50,479 nt of DNA from an uncultured bacterium (GCA_903874345.1 CAIQRY010000064.1:1-50479), one strand, 5' to 3'. Shown: positions 36,801-47,293, numbered from the stretch's first letter. The notes: generated by a model from the letters alone, not told the origin. Numbers and translations: made by a program.

Positions 36801-36864
36801 GCGGGCCGCCTTCATGGGTTACCGCGCGCTGCTGTTCTGAGTTTAATGAATCCAACTCCTTCAT
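33811..36864 (-). CDS. UvrD/PcrA-type SF1 helicase fused to a C-terminal Cas4/AddB-type PD-(D/E)XK nuclease with Cys cluster
   Basis: 1017 aa. [59 protein letters not shown]. Nuclease part: [41 protein letters not shown]. Confidence 0.9.
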   Translation of the reverse strand: MKELDSLNSEQQRAVTHEGGPLLIVAGAGTGKTTVLINRLVYLITEKKVKPEEILLLTFTEKAAGEIEERADKALPYGCFDLWINTFHGFGERVLKEFGLDIGLAAGLKVLTETEQWVLIKKNLARFNLDYYRPLGNPTKFISELIRHFSRLKDENISSAEYLKYAEELESDQDERLSGKKLDRGVKTKTKKKLGAATEGEETGDEGEVMEVGRIKELANAYHIYNQLLLENNYLDFGDLIVYVLKLFRERPNILKFYQTKFRYVMVDEFQDTNWAQYELIKLLVAPKNNLVVVGDDDQAIYKFRGASLSNIMQFKDDYPQAAEIVLTENYRSRQEILDHAYKFIAHNNPNRLEVKLKINKNLKAKGLVTKIKALEPAVRFYNFDRQEEETTFVATKIQELYETGQGEINWQDFAILVRANDTAEAYVKELSRRNIPNQFMSWRGLYYKPLILDCLAYLRLLDNYHESAALFRVLNMEIFKVSHLDLVTINKMAARKVWSLYEALKNINAIPGVSAESIKNINKLLNLLAAHSLLVAQQKPTKIFLHFAYDSGFLEGLDRDRDLESFSYLNQLYQKMKRLEESEPDLRLKDFLEAINLELEAGETGALKLDFADNESVKIMTVHGAKGLEFKYVFLVNLVDKKFPTINRSEKISIPDALVREKLVTSADIHLEEERRLFYVAATRAKEELYLTGAKDYGGVREKKPSRFISEMGLESLAIPAVALSEKNEFLRDLHYFNARELALDNKKPLDIYPLPEKFSFSQIAAFSTCPLQYKFAFILKIPASTEKGSLVFGRVLHNTLYNFLLPALAERQKIQGELFGEMGGKKGKERGELLSEKRLLEIYSEFWQEDGYQNKEDRAAYYQKGLKALKSFWSDYQKNKPAEVLFLEKKFSFKLGEDVIKGTIDRVDKLADGTLEIVDYKTGKDKKLDFSTKRQLILYQLFLEEFLKIKVSQLSYYYLESGVKASFVATDKEITKLRLEVMTEIAAIKKRDFAPTPSPMCQFCDFNSICEFRQV

Positions 36865-36872
36865 AATTTATC

Positions 36873-38141
36873 TTAAAAGTGTAAAAGCGCCTTAATTTTT
36901 TTATCATTTTTGAGGTTGCCAATGACGGCCAGATTAAGTCGGTCATTACGGAAAATTTTCTGCGCCGTCTCTTGCAAATCCGCGGCGGTAATTTTATTTA
37001 GTCGTTTTAAGAATTCCGCCGGTGTCATGAGCGCGGGGCGCAAAACCACTTGGCGCGCATACCAGGAAGCTAAGTCATCCGTCGCTTCCATCTGAATTAA
37101 CATCTTTCCGGCAAATAAATCTTTCGCTCGCTTGAGTTCCGCGGCACTAACTTTAGTCTGCGTAATTTTTCGATATTCATCAATAATAATTTCAAGAGCC
37201 GTTTCAGTTTTAGCAATCGGCACTCCGGCTTGCGTCGTTAAATAACCAGAATCTGTATAAAATTCCGTACTCGTATGGACGGAGTAAGCTAAACCGTTAT
37301 TGGCTCGAAGACGAATGAACAAGCGCGAACTCATGGAACCACCGAGAATAACCGAGAGCAAGCGGACTTTTAATTCTTCCGGGTGCCCGATGGGATATGC
37401 CCGGACGCCGACTGATAAATTAACCTGGTCAATTTTCTTATTTATAATTTTAAATTGCGGCGCGCTTTGTTTTTCCTGGACCGCTAGTTTATTCTTCCAA
37501 GCGTTAGCGCCCAAAGTCGAAAATATCTTTTTCGCCGCCTCGAGATCTTTCTTTTTAATTCCACCAGCTAAAACCACATAAGCGCTCTTCGCTCCATATT
37601 GCGTTTTAAAATATTTCAAGAAATCGGTTCGCGTAAAATTTCTGATATTCTTTTTAGTTCCAATCGTTTCCCAACCGGCTGGACTATCGCCATATAAAAC
37701 CGTTTCAAAAACATCCTCGACGTGCATAATCGGATTATCCTCATACATGTTCAGTTCTTCGATAATCACGCCCTTTTCCTTTTCAATTTCCGCCGCATCA
37801 AAAGTCGAATTAAGCAGCATATCACCGACAATATCGAGTGCTATATTTAACTTACCACTCGCCACTTTAACCCAATAACCGGTAAACTCCTTAGAAGTAA
37901 AAGCATTATATTCGCCACCCAAAGAATCTAATTCGCTTGATAAAGTTAAGGTATTCGGCCGTTTCTTGGTCCCTTTGAAGAACATATGTTCCAAAAAATG
38001 AGAAATACCGTTATTGCTCTTAACCTCATAACGAGAACCTGTCTTGAACATAATTAAAACCGTGGCCGTCGTCGCGCCTTTGATCGGAATCGTAATTAAC
38101 GGGACTTTATTTGACAAAGTGATTTTTTTATATTTATTCAT
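36873..38141 (-). CDS. M16-family (pitrilysin/insulinase-like) zinc peptidase
   Basis: 422 aa. Inverted zinc motif HFLEHMFFKGT and two-lobe M16 length. Confidence 0.9.
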   Translation of the reverse strand: MNKYKKITLSNKVPLITIPIKGATTATVLIMFKTGSRYEVKSNNGISHFLEHMFFKGTKKRPNTLTLSSELDSLGGEYNAFTSKEFTGYWVKVASGKLNIALDIVGDMLLNSTFDAAEIEKEKGVIIEELNMYEDNPIMHVEDVFETVLYGDSPAGWETIGTKKNIRNFTRTDFLKYFKTQYGAKSAYVVLAGGIKKKDLEAAKKIFSTLGANAWKNKLAVQEKQSAPQFKIINKKIDQVNLSVGVRAYPIGHPEELKVRLLSVILGGSMSSRLFIRLRANNGLAYSVHTSTEFYTDSGYLTTQAGVPIAKTETALEIIIDEYRKITQTKVSAAELKRAKDLFAGKMLIQMEATDDLASWYARQVVLRPALMTPAEFLKRLNKITAADLQETAQKIFRNDRLNLAVIGNLKNDKKIKALLHF

Positions 38142-38191
38142 ATTCTAACCATTAAAACATTAGTTTAGCTGTTCTAAATTTACCACATCTC

Positions 38192-38200
38192 TGATATAAT
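38192..38200 (+). promoter_or_regulatory. Extended -10 promoter TGATATAAT for radC
   Basis: Plus-strand TGATATAAT 46 nt upstream of the ATG at 38246. Confidence 0.45.
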
Positions 38201-38245
38201 TTAAAGTAAGAGAAAATCCCTTGAATTCGCTTTAATTTAAATTTT

Positions 38246-38962
38246 ATGACCTATAAACGGACCGCGGCTAACTCTGTCTTGAACCATGGCAAAGCTTATC
38301 AGATTCCGCGCGTGAAAGACATGGTCGACGATGAGAAGCCGCGCGAAAAAATGATTAAAGAAGGCGTCGGCGCTTTAAGCATGGCTGAACTCTTAGCTGT
38401 CGTCTTAAGCGTGGGTACTAAGAAAGAAGAAGTCTTTTCCATGTCTTCCCGTTTATTTCGTGAATACGGCGAAAAAGCTATCGCTTATCAAAAAGATCCG
38501 CGGATTATCGAAAAGGATTTAAAAATTCCGATCGTAAAATCCTGTCAAATTGTGGCTTGTTTTGAATTAGGTCGTCGTTTCTATCAGAAAAAGCCCGGCG
38601 GTTTGATTACGATTCGCACCGCCGCACAAGCTTATGCTTATCTTAAAGACATGGGCAATTTACCAAAAGAACAATTCCGCGGTCTTTATTTAAATACACA
38701 TTATCAACTAGTCCATGATGAAATAATTTCTATTGGCACAATGGAAGCGTCCTTGGTCCAGGCGCGCGAAGTCTTCCGTCCCGCTCTCGAATACGGCGCC
38801 GCCGCCGTCATTGTTGCCCATAATCATCCCTCCGGTGTTTTAAAAGCAACCAAAGCCGACCAGGAGATTACTGATAAATTAATCGAGGCTGGCCATATTC
38901 TCGATGTTGAGGTGCTTGATCATCTGATAATCGGCCAAAATAAATACGTGAGTATTTTATGA
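38246..38962 (+). CDS. radC: RadC-family JAB/MPN-domain protein
   Basis: 238 aa. N-terminal HhH-like region (LSMAELLAVVLSVGT) and JAMM-like HNHPSGVLKATKADQEITDKL. Confidence 0.9.
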   Translation: MTYKRTAANSVLNHGKAYQIPRVKDMVDDEKPREKMIKEGVGALSMAELLAVVLSVGTKKEEVFSMSSRLFREYGEKAIAYQKDPRIIEKDLKIPIVKSCQIVACFELGRRFYQKKPGGLITIRTAAQAYAYLKDMGNLPKEQFRGLYLNTHYQLVHDEIISIGTMEASLVQAREVFRPALEYGAAAVIVAHNHPSGVLKATKADQEITDKLIEAGHILDVEVLDHLIIGQNKYVSIL

Positions 38963-39237
38963 AGAAATACGAAATTAAACCGCTCCTCTGGTTAGTTAGA
39001 GACGAGTCGAGCGTTAAGTTTCATGTCGCGAGCGATGATTATTTTGGCACCATCGCCACAGTTTTAAGCCTAGTCAAACAGCAAATTAAAAGGAGTGACA
39101 GCCCGAAAGCCGCCACTCTAAGAAATACTCTAAAAAATATAGAAATCGATTTGTTATTCCTTCAGAAAAATTATCAGATTAGTCCTAAAACGAAGAAAAG
39201 AAAGAGCAGCCCAAAAGGTAAACTCAACAGCCAATGA
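38959..39237 (+). CDS. Small hypothetical protein (92 aa) translationally coupled to radC
   Basis: ATGA start/stop overlap with radC. Lys-rich C-terminus. The last 64 nt overlap the convergent Wzy_C-like gene, which lowers confidence. Confidence 0.45.
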   Translation: MKKYEIKPLLWLVRDESSVKFHVASDDYFGTIATVLSLVKQQIKRSDSPKAATLRNTLKNIEIDLLFLQKNYQISPKTKKRKSSPKGKLNSQ

Positions 39238-40472
39238 TCCAATAACATGATAATAAGTAATGCCCCCATGATCGCCTGTGAATATGGTTCTCGGCGATCT
39301 TTTTTGATTAAACAAAATAAAAAGGCGAGAAAGAATAATAAAGCAAAAATACCGTTCTCCGACCACATTAGCAAAAAGACATCGTGTACTGGTTGATAAT
39401 CCCAAACTGAAGTCGCTTTCTGATTCTTATTGGCTTCATCCGCGGCCAAGACGGTCGTATAATTGCCCATGCCAACGCCAATAATTGGTCGCTCTTTAAT
39501 TAAGTTTATCGCCTGACCAATATAAGTTTGCCTTTCGGTAATTGATTTTTGCTCAAGAGGCAAACTGTCATCCAAACGAGCGGTGACTAAATCGCGGAAA
39601 GGCAAAACCGCAATCGCGCTTAAAATTAAAGAAAAAAATAAGAGCGCGACAAAACGACTCAAAACCCAACGATCTTTCTCGCGAATAAAATTAATAAGCA
39701 AAATAATCAACCCGGCTAAAAGTGCAAGCCAGGACGCTCGAGAAAAAGTAAAAAATAAAGCGAAGAGAGAAATAAAATAAAAAAGAAATAAGAAAATTGA
39801 TTCTCTAATTTCTTTTTTAGTTCGTAATATTTTTTTCTTCGCCAGTTGATAAGCGGCTAGTAATAAGGCAATAACCAAAAAACCACCTAAGATATTGGGG
39901 TGATCGAGCGCCCCATAAGCGCGCAACCAACGTCCAGAAACGGTTTCAACAACTGAGGTGCCTAAAGCCGCCGGATCATGGGCGGCCAAACCTAAATATT
40001 TGCAAGCGAAGGAACTCTGGCTCAAAAACTGATAAATACCTAAGCCCGCTTGTAGCAAGGCTCCTAATAAAAAGCTAAAAATAACTTTTCCTTTATTAAA
40101 AAAACTATCTTCATAACCACCCGGCGTTGTTCCGACGCGCATCAAGAAGAACATGCCGAGGCCAATTAAAAAGGCAAAATAATAATAGGAGGCGAGAACA
40201 ATATCGGGCGCGGCAAAAATCGAAAACAAAATAAATAATTCCCAGCCCATGAGAAAATAACACAACGGGGCAATCTTCAAATTTTCTTTCCTCCCGAATA
40301 AACGATGGATTAAAAACAAGAGCAAGATAATCAGAAGAAAAAACTGGGCGGCGTAGAGGCTGATTTCATTAAAATTCGTCGGCTCCGGTCGTAAAATCAA
40401 TTTTGTCTGCCAGGGCAATAAAAAAATGAATAGATAGAAGAGGTATTCAGTTACTTTTTTCAAAAATTGCAT
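39174..40472 (-). CDS. O-antigen-ligase/Wzy_C-like polytopic membrane protein (second copy in the window)
   Basis: 432 aa with about 10 TM helices. FTFSRASWLALLAGLIILL and QPVHDVFLLMWSENGIFALLFF motifs. Confidence 0.8.
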   Translation of the reverse strand: MQFLKKVTEYLFYLFIFLLPWQTKLILRPEPTNFNEISLYAAQFFLLIILLLFLIHRLFGRKENLKIAPLCYFLMGWELFILFSIFAAPDIVLASYYYFAFLIGLGMFFLMRVGTTPGGYEDSFFNKGKVIFSFLLGALLQAGLGIYQFLSQSSFACKYLGLAAHDPAALGTSVVETVSGRWLRAYGALDHPNILGGFLVIALLLAAYQLAKKKILRTKKEIRESIFLFLFYFISLFALFFTFSRASWLALLAGLIILLINFIREKDRWVLSRFVALLFFSLILSAIAVLPFRDLVTARLDDSLPLEQKSITERQTYIGQAINLIKERPIIGVGMGNYTTVLAADEANKNQKATSVWDYQPVHDVFLLMWSENGIFALLFFLAFLFCLIKKDRREPYSQAIMGALLIIMLLDHWLLSLPFGLLFLFFVLGLI

Positions 40473-41331
40473 GGTAATGGTAATTAAATTTATCTAAAAA
40501 TTCTCGACGACGATCTTGACGATAAAATTTGAGGACGTCATCACACAGAACAACGCCTGATGTCTCTGAATTCGCGGTTTTTAAGTCAGGCGCCATAACT
40601 CGTAATTGGAAGCTCTTAGCTAAACGCTCCATTAAATTACCAAAAGAGCCAGTAGTCGCCTTTGTCGGGGCAAATTTTGTTTCGGCTGTGTCCCGATTGT
40701 TAACCGCCCGAAATTGTTCGTAAGTTCTTTCTCTATTATACAACAAAAACAAACTTCGTTGCCAGTAATTAAAATAGGGGTCGCCGCCCGCAAGCTCTAA
40801 ATCGCTTAAATCCAAATGGTCGGTCGAAATATAGAAACTTAAACAAATTTTATCTTGTTTACGGTGAATCGTCGGCCGCCGCCCCAAAATTTTAGCTGCC
40901 CCGGCTAAAAATAAGCGACTTAACCAAATTCGGCGCGACGCGCTAATCACAAATAAATCAATGTCGCTACCGTCCCGTAAATTATGATCGCCAATGGAAT
41001 TAGCAAGGGCCACTGTCCTAATAAACGGTAAAAATCGAAAAAGACTGATGAAGCGACGCGCTATTTTTATTTTTCGATTGGTGTAATTATAGCGTTTGGC
41101 GCGGGTCGTGAGTATTTCCTCTCGACCAGCTAAAAAATAAAAGCCATTTTTTTGGCTAATAATATTTGAATTATTTAAAAATAAAGTTATCTCTTCCAAA
41201 TTTATTCTTCGGTCTAAATAATTACTAATTTCAAGCGGCGTAAGCGGATATTCAAATAAATCAAAGAAAACAATCGTTTTAATGATTGCTTCTCGGAGAC
41301 TCACTTCATTTTTAGACTCAAGAGGAAACAT
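40447..41331 (-). CDS. Pol-beta-type nucleotidyltransferase-fold protein
   Basis: GDHNLRDGSDIDLFVI fits the G[SG]-x(n)-D-x-D NTase signature. ATG at 41331 is preferred over the track's TTG at 41346. It overlaps the rmuC 3' end by 14 nt and the downstream gene's start by 26 nt. Confidence 0.6.
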   Translation of the reverse strand: MFPLESKNEVSLREAIIKTIVFFDLFEYPLTPLEISNYLDRRINLEEITLFLNNSNIISQKNGFYFLAGREEILTTRAKRYNYTNRKIKIARRFISLFRFLPFIRTVALANSIGDHNLRDGSDIDLFVISASRRIWLSRLFLAGAAKILGRRPTIHRKQDKICLSFYISTDHLDLSDLELAGGDPYFNYWQRSLFLLYNRERTYEQFRAVNNRDTAETKFAPTKATTGSFGNLMERLAKSFQLRVMAPDLKTANSETSGVVLCDDVLKFYRQDRRREFLDKFNYHYHAIFEKSN

Positions 41332-42430
41332 GTTTCGGCCGTTCAATTTTTAAAACCTCAATATCACTTTCTCGACCCGTAATCCGAGTTACATCTTTAT
41401 CAATTTTTTTGAACTCGGTATATGCATTATTATAATGATTAACCGTCGTCGACATCGAAAGACCTAATTTTTTCATAAACTCATCATAACTATTCATATG
41501 CTTGCCGAGCTTTTCAATATTGGCGCGAATCTCCTTAGCCTTTTCCTCAATCTGCATTGCTTTTAGTCCCTGAAGAACGGTTTGTAGATAAGCTAAGAAG
41601 GAAGTCGGCGAAACAATAATCACCTTCTTGTCGCGGAAAGCATACTCGATTAAATCTCGGGTATTAACTTTGACTGCGCCAACCTTATTAACGAGTAAGT
41701 CGTAATAAATCGCTTCCGACGGAATGAACATGAAAGCGAATTCCATGGTCTTGCGATCCGGCAAAACGTATTTAGCGGTTTCATCAATGCGATTCTTTAG
41801 ATCTTGTTTAAAAACCTGTTCTAATTTTTCGCGCGTTTCCGCATCCGGGGCATTCAAAATTCGTTCATAATTTTCCAGCGAAAATTTAGCATCGACCGGA
41901 ATAACTTTATCCTTAACAAAGACAACCGCATCGACAATCAAGTCTTTCCCGGTCTTATCATCCTTCCCGAGCTTATATTGCATCTGATAAGAATTGGGGG
42001 GTAGGACATTTTTTAAAGTCTCCTCTAAAAAATATTCACCGAGGACGCCACGTTGTTTCGGATTTTTTAAAATATCTTGTAAATTCTGAAGTTGGGCGGA
42101 AAAATTAACCACCTGTTTATTAGTCTCGTCGAGCTTCGTTAATTTTTCGGTCACGTCGGCAATTAATTTTGCCGACTGCGCCGTGATATTCTGAACAATG
42201 CGTGTCGTCTGCCCGAACTGCTCTTGGTTGGTCCGATGCGTTTCGGATAATTTCTTATCGAGTTCTTGACGTAATTCACTGTTTTGCTGACTAAGCTGCG
42301 CCAAACGCTCCATCATCGCGCCGTGTTTCTCATCTAAACCGGTTTCTTTCTTACGCGACAATAAAATAATAACTGTCAAAACGCCGATGACTAAAATGAT
42401 TAACAAAAAAATAGTTAAAAAATTTTCCAT
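41318..42430 (-). CDS. rmuC: DNA recombination protein RmuC
   Basis: 370 aa. N-terminal TM, ~100-aa coiled coil, then a nuclease-like core with VDAKFSLENYERI and FMFIPSEAIY. Confidence 0.85.
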   Translation of the reverse strand: MENFLTIFLLIILVIGVLTVIILLSRKKETGLDEKHGAMMERLAQLSQQNSELRQELDKKLSETHRTNQEQFGQTTRIVQNITAQSAKLIADVTEKLTKLDETNKQVVNFSAQLQNLQDILKNPKQRGVLGEYFLEETLKNVLPPNSYQMQYKLGKDDKTGKDLIVDAVVFVKDKVIPVDAKFSLENYERILNAPDAETREKLEQVFKQDLKNRIDETAKYVLPDRKTMEFAFMFIPSEAIYYDLLVNKVGAVKVNTRDLIEYAFRDKKVIIVSPTSFLAYLQTVLQGLKAMQIEEKAKEIRANIEKLGKHMNSYDEFMKKLGLSMSTTVNHYNNAYTEFKKIDKDVTRITGRESDIEVLKIERPKHVSS

Positions 42431-42432
42431 AT

Positions 42433-42825
42433 TTATTTCTTAAGCAAATCTCTAATTTCCGTTAAGAGTTCCTGATCTTTAGAAAGCGGCGCCGGCACAG
42501 CCGTTTCCGCGTCCTGTTCCTTAATGAGTTGCCGTTTTAAATGACCGATAATCTTAATCATTAAAAAGATAACTAAGGCAATAATAATAAAATCAAAAAC
42601 ATTCTGTAGAAAAACGCCAATATTAATTGTCGCACTAGCAATCTTAATTTTCCAACTAGCGAAATCGACGCCGCCAATAATAACGCCAATTAGCGGCATA
42701 ATAATATTCGCCACAAAAGAAGAAACGATTTTACCAAAGGCCGCGCCGATAATGACCGCAACCGCTAAATCAATCACGCTCCCTTTGACCGCAAACTCTT
42801 TAAATTCTCGTAAATATTTTTTCAT
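42433..42825 (-). CDS. mscL: Large-conductance mechanosensitive channel
   Basis: [50 protein letters not shown] at 42825 is preferred over the track's TTG at 42837. Confidence 0.9.
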   Translation of the reverse strand: MKKYLREFKEFAVKGSVIDLAVAVIIGAAFGKIVSSFVANIIMPLIGVIIGGVDFASWKIKIASATINIGVFLQNVFDFIIIALVIFLMIKIIGHLKRQLIKEQDAETAVPAPLSKDQELLTEIRDLLKK

Positions 42826-42866
42826 ATGTTTAAACAAAGACCGGCCGCGGCCGGTCTTTTATTTCT

Positions 42867-45404
42867 TTATACCCAAGTGACACCGGCGACACGATCATCA
42901 TCTTCCTTAAATCTCATGATTCGAACCCCTTGTGTATCGCGGCCGAGAACACTAACCGCTTTAAATGGCGTTCGAATTACTTGGCCTTTCTCCGACACAA
43001 TAATTATATCGCGCCCTTCCATCATATCAGCATTAACCAAGAAAGCATTGGTGATATCGCCGGTTTTAGTCGTCACTTTCGCGGTCTTAATCCCGCTGCC
43101 GCCACGACCCTGAACTTTATAAGCGCCAAAGTCGGTTCGCTTGCCGAAACCATGCGCCATAATTGTTAAAATTTGATAACTTCTTTTCTTTTCTTTATCG
43201 GTTTTGGCAATCCCCATGCCAATAACTAAATCATCCTTATGTAATCTAATACCGTGTACCCCGGCCGCGCCGCGACCCATATCACGCACATCCGTTTCTT
43301 TGAAACGAATCGCCTGACCCTTGGCGGTGACGATCTGAATATGATCGCTCCCAGACGTCGGTTTGACCCAAATTAATTTATCATCATCTCTAATCTTAAT
43401 CGCAATGAGGCCCGATCGGCGAACATTCTGAAAAGCAGACAATTCTACTTTCTTAACTAGACCCTTAGCTGTCGCGAAAAATAAATATTTACTGAAAGCC
43501 GCTTTATCTAATGGTAAAATTGAAGAGACTTGTTCCCCGCCGATAAGTTGTAAGAAATTAACGACCGGCGTGCCCTTGGCAATCCGCGAGGCCTGCGGAA
43601 TTTCATAAACTTTAAGTTGGAAAGCGCGCCCCTTGGTCGTAAAGAATAAAACATCATTATGAGTAAGTGACGTAAACATGAATTCAACCGTATCTTCTTC
43701 CTTGGTGGTGAGTCCCATGACGCCTTTACCGCCGCGGGCTTGAACTTTAAAAGTATCCGGTTCGAGTCGTTTAATATAACCGTCACGCGTCATCATGACC
43801 ACGGTTTCCTCGTTCGGAACCAAATCTTCCATGCTAAACTCTTTAACCCCGTGGGCCATCACATCCGTGCGCCGATCGTCGCCGTATTTTTCCGCTAAAG
43901 CTTTAAGTTCGCTTTTAACGATACTTCTAATCTTAGCAACGGATTTTAAAATCGCTTCTAATTCTTTAATTAATTTTTGTTTTTCTTTTAATTCCTGTTC
44001 GACTCTTAACTGCTCGAGGTTGGCTAAGTTCGATAAACGCATCTCCAAAATCGCAATCGCCTGTCGTTCGGACAACTTAAATTTCTTAATTAAGTTTACT
44101 TTGGCCACTTCCTTATCCTTGGAGGCCTTGATGGTTTTAATTACTTCATCAATATGAGCCAAAGCAATCATTAAACCCTCAAGGATATGGGCGCGATCTT
44201 TCGCCTTATTCAAATCAAATTGTGTGCGACGACGAATCACCTCTTCGCGATGTTTAATATATTCTTCCAGAATCATCTTTAAAGTCAGAACTTTAGGCTG
44301 AATGCCATCAACTAAAGCCAGCATGTTCAGATGGAAAGTTGTCTGTAGCGTTGTATGTTTATATAAAGAATTTAAAATCTTTTTCGGATACGAATCTTTC
44401 TTGAGTTCAATGACGACGCGGACGCCATCCTTGTCGGACTCATCGCGTAAATTTTTAATACCTTCGATTTTTTTATCCTTAACTAAGTCCGCAATTTTTT
44501 CAACTAAGTCTGCTTTATTAACCTGGTAAGGCACTTCCGAAATAATAATGCGAAAGCCGCCGCCTTTTTCTTCTTCGATTTCCGCCTTGCCGCGGACGAC
44601 GATGCCGCCCTTACCGGTCGCGTAGGCCGCTAAGATATCTTTATTATTATAAATAATGCCGCCGGTCGGGAAATCCGGGCCTTTAACAAACTTCATTAAG
44701 TCTTCAATACTGGCCTCCGGATTTTCAATTAAATAATCGATGGCATCGGCGAGTTCGCGTAAATTATGCGGCGGAATATTCGTCGCCATACCGACGGCAA
44801 TGCCCATCGTGCCGTTTAATAAAAGATTCGGAAGCTTGGACGGTAAAACCAAAGGTTCTTTATGCGAACCGTCGAAGTTAGGAATAAAATCAACCGTCTC
44901 GCGATCAATATCATTTAACATTTCTTCGGCGATACTGGCGAGCTTCGCTTCCGTATAACGCATGGCGGCCGCATTATCGCCATCCATAGAACCGAAGTTA
45001 CCTTGACCGCGAACAAGCGGATAGCGCATGGAAAAATCCTGTGCCATTCTGACCATGGATTCATAAACTGCACTATCGCCATGGGGATGATACTTACCTA
45101 AAACTTCACCGACGACAGTCGCGGATTTACGGAATTTCGCATTCGCTTTTAGACCGATGTTCCACATCGCATATAAAATACGACGATGCACCGGCTTTAA
45201 ACCGTCACGCACGTCGGGTAAAGCGCGGGAAACAATAACGCTCATCGCGTAATCCAAATAAGATTTACTCATCTCTTCGACAATCGGTTGATCTTCAACC
45301 CAACCATAGGCTGTGTGTTGTCGCGAATTTACACCCGGTTCACGTGGATCGTCCGGTTGCTCTTTTTTTATTTTTTCGGTTTTGTCTTGATCTTTCTTGG
45401 GCAT
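42867..45404 (-). CDS. gyrA: DNA gyrase subunit A
   Basis: [31 protein letters not shown], catalytic Tyr context [10 protein letters not shown], and a C-terminal beta-pinwheel. ATG at 45404 is likely; the track's TTG at 45419 would overlap the upstream gene. Confidence 0.96.
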   Translation of the reverse strand: MPKKDQDKTEKIKKEQPDDPREPGVNSRQHTAYGWVEDQPIVEEMSKSYLDYAMSVIVSRALPDVRDGLKPVHRRILYAMWNIGLKANAKFRKSATVVGEVLGKYHPHGDSAVYESMVRMAQDFSMRYPLVRGQGNFGSMDGDNAAAMRYTEAKLASIAEEMLNDIDRETVDFIPNFDGSHKEPLVLPSKLPNLLLNGTMGIAVGMATNIPPHNLRELADAIDYLIENPEASIEDLMKFVKGPDFPTGGIIYNNKDILAAYATGKGGIVVRGKAEIEEEKGGGFRIIISEVPYQVNKADLVEKIADLVKDKKIEGIKNLRDESDKDGVRVVIELKKDSYPKKILNSLYKHTTLQTTFHLNMLALVDGIQPKVLTLKMILEEYIKHREEVIRRRTQFDLNKAKDRAHILEGLMIALAHIDEVIKTIKASKDKEVAKVNLIKKFKLSERQAIAILEMRLSNLANLEQLRVEQELKEKQKLIKELEAILKSVAKIRSIVKSELKALAEKYGDDRRTDVMAHGVKEFSMEDLVPNEETVVMMTRDGYIKRLEPDTFKVQARGGKGVMGLTTKEEDTVEFMFTSLTHNDVLFFTTKGRAFQLKVYEIPQASRIAKGTPVVNFLQLIGGEQVSSILPLDKAAFSKYLFFATAKGLVKKVELSAFQNVRRSGLIAIKIRDDDKLIWVKPTSGSDHIQIVTAKGQAIRFKETDVRDMGRGAAGVHGIRLHKDDLVIGMGIAKTDKEKKRSYQILTIMAHGFGKRTDFGAYKVQGRGGSGIKTAKVTTKTGDITNAFLVNADMMEGRDIIIVSEKGQVIRTPFKAVSVLGRDTQGVRIMRFKEDDDRVAGVTWV

Positions 45405-45408
45405 AAAA

Positions 45409-45873
45409 TTAATAGGCAATTGTTGTTATTCCTTCACAGCCCGGCGGTATACTACAAGGCCGCGCCGGACCACCTACGGTTGGCATACAGTTAACATAAG
45501 CCGGACAATTTTTATTTTCCTTTTTAACTACGGGTGGCGTGATTGTAGCCAAAGTTGAAGTCGAAACTACGATCGAGCTAGTTGAACTAGACGCAATTTT
45601 CGCCGTATTCTTTATTAGATTATCCAGAGTGCTACTCGCCAAATCAGCCGCCTTTTTATCCGCGTCTTGATGTAAACGATTTTCTAAATCATTAATTGTT
45701 TTATTGAAATCATTTTTAAGCTGCGCCCAATCTTGATCATTTTTGGCCGGCGCCGGCTCATTGGAACGCCAAGTATTTTTCAAATTAAATACCCAAAACG
45801 CCAAGATAAAAATCATGATTAAAGCAATTCCTAATCGCATCATTAATATTTTTTTCCGGCGTTCTTCTTCCAT
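45409..45873 (-). CDS. Small N-terminally anchored protein with C-terminal Cys/Pro motif
   Basis: 154 aa. [18 protein letters not shown], helical middle, Ser/Thr stretch, C-terminal [27 protein letters not shown]. Confidence 0.6.
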   Translation of the reverse strand: MEEERRKKILMMRLGIALIMIFILAFWVFNLKNTWRSNEPAPAKNDQDWAQLKNDFNKTINDLENRLHQDADKKAADLASSTLDNLIKNTAKIASSSTSSIVVSTSTLATITPPVVKKENKNCPAYVNCMPTVGGPARPCSIPPGCEGITTIAY

Positions 45874-45878
45874 CTGGC

Positions 45879-46481
45879 TTATTCTTTTAAACCGTCTAAA
45901 TTAACATCATACAAAATTTGCTCGGCGATCAAACGATATTTCAAAACTTCATCGTTACCAAACCAAATCGGAATTTCTCGATCCGCGTCAGCGACCGGGT
46001 CAGAACAATGGACTAAATTACGAACCGCACGAGCGTCTAGACTAGATAATTCATAAGAATCAAGGGTGTAATCACCGCGAATTGTACCACCATCAGAAGT
46101 TAATGGTTCAGTTGAGCCAACAATCTTTTTCACGATGCCAACAGCTTGATTACCTTCCCAAACCATAGGCACGATTGGACCAGAACTCATGAATTTAACT
46201 AAGGCGCGAATAATATCTTTGCCATATTCCAGCGCCTCTTTCTCAATCGGACGACCAGCCGCCTTTAATTCTTCAACGGTTCGTTCGCCTTTCTTCTTAA
46301 ACCAAGCTTCGTCCTTTTGATAATGCGCCCAAAGTTGTTCTTCGGTCGCGATGACTAATTTTAGGGCCACTAATTTCAAGCCGGCATTTTCAATTCGCTT
46401 AATAATTTCACCGACCAAGCCGCGCTGCACGGCATCGGGCTTAAGGATGACTAAAGTTTTTTCTTTCTTAGGATGTGTCAT
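45879..46481 (-). CDS. ndk: Nucleoside-diphosphate kinase (with ~35-40-aa insertion)
   Basis: LVILKPDAVQRGLVGEIIKRIE and active-site NLVHCSD. 200 aa versus the usual ~140-150. The extra segment lies between HYQKD and LVKFMSSGPIV. Confidence 0.9.
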   Translation of the reverse strand: MTHPKKEKTLVILKPDAVQRGLVGEIIKRIENAGLKLVALKLVIATEEQLWAHYQKDEAWFKKKGERTVEELKAAGRPIEKEALEYGKDIIRALVKFMSSGPIVPMVWEGNQAVGIVKKIVGSTEPLTSDGGTIRGDYTLDSYELSSLDARAVRNLVHCSDPVADADREIPIWFGNDEVLKYRLIAEQILYDVNLDGLKE

Positions 46482-46485
46482 AGGA

Positions 46486-47130
46486 TTAAATGCTTAAAAT
46501 CACCAGCTCCATATCTTCAGCCGGCAGTTCTTTTTTAGAAATTTTTAATTTTTCTTCATAAGTCGGCGTGAGACCTAATTCTTTGATGAATTTATCTACA
46601 CCGTCTAAATCAATTTTTGAATCTTTGGTTTTATAATGCATCGGGACAACGATGCGCGGTTCAATCTGCGAAATAACTTCGACCGCTTTCTTCGCATCTA
46701 AAGTATATTTGCCGCCAATCGGAATAAGCAGAATATCCGTGCCTACTAATTTCTCAAGTTGGGCATTATCTAACACGTGGCCGAGGTCGCCCAAATGCGC
46801 GATTGAAATATCATCAACTTCAAAGCGATACATGATATTGGGACCCCGTTCCGCGCCATTTTTATCGTCATGAAAGGAATCAATCCCCTCGACTAAAATA
46901 CCTTTATAGTCATATTCTCCGGCGCAGTCGATAATAAAAGGCGTACCGCGCAGAGCGTCTGTATTATTATGGTCATGATGCTGATGAGAGACTGTTACAA
47001 TATCAGCTTCAAAATTAGGGACCTTGGGACCCGTCTCTTTACTAAAGGGGTCGGTTACTAAAGTCACGCCATCCGGCCCGATTTTATCTTGAATTTTAAA
47101 ACAGGAATGCCCTTGCCAAGTAATAATCAT
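46486..47130 (-). CDS. MBL-fold metal-dependent hydrolase (UPF0173-like)
   Basis: MIITWQGHSCFKI and VSHQHHDHNN. ATG at 47130 is preferred over the track's GTG at 47154. Confidence 0.85.
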   Translation of the reverse strand: MIITWQGHSCFKIQDKIGPDGVTLVTDPFSKETGPKVPNFEADIVTVSHQHHDHNNTDALRGTPFIIDCAGEYDYKGILVEGIDSFHDDKNGAERGPNIMYRFEVDDISIAHLGDLGHVLDNAQLEKLVGTDILLIPIGGKYTLDAKKAVEVISQIEPRIVVPMHYKTKDSKIDLDGVDKFIKELGLTPTYEEKLKISKKELPAEDMELVILSI

Positions 47131-47181
47131 ATGGTTCGAAAACAAAAAATACACTAAAAATAGGTCTTAAAACCTATCTTT

Positions 47182-47210
47182 ATTATAACAAAGTAGCGGC
47201 CGCGGGTCAA
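47182..47210 (-). promoter_or_regulatory. Sigma70 promoter (TTGACC-17-TATAAT with TG extension) for the MBL-ndk-gyrA-... gene string
   Basis: Minus-strand TTGACC at 47210-47205 and TGTTATAAT at 47190-47182. Confidence 0.55.
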
Positions 47211-47225
47211 CCCAAAAAATAGCTT

Positions 47226-47269
47226 AAAAATAATAAAAAAGGCCTTGCTGCATGACGCGAGCAAGGCCT
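47226..47269 (-). terminator. Strong rho-independent terminator after the 316-aa gene
   Basis: 10-bp stem AGGCCTTGCT (47240-47249) / AGCAAGGCCT (47260-47269). On the minus strand it is followed by TTTTTTATTATTTTT. Confidence 0.7.
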
Positions 47270-47293
47270 GAAAGTTTATCCGGAATTCCAGGC

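Noticed and set aside
42867-47293. Replication origin or DnaA-box cluster near gyrA
   Set aside because: No cluster of TTATCCACA-like boxes and no AT-rich unwinding region was seen. The region is densely coding.
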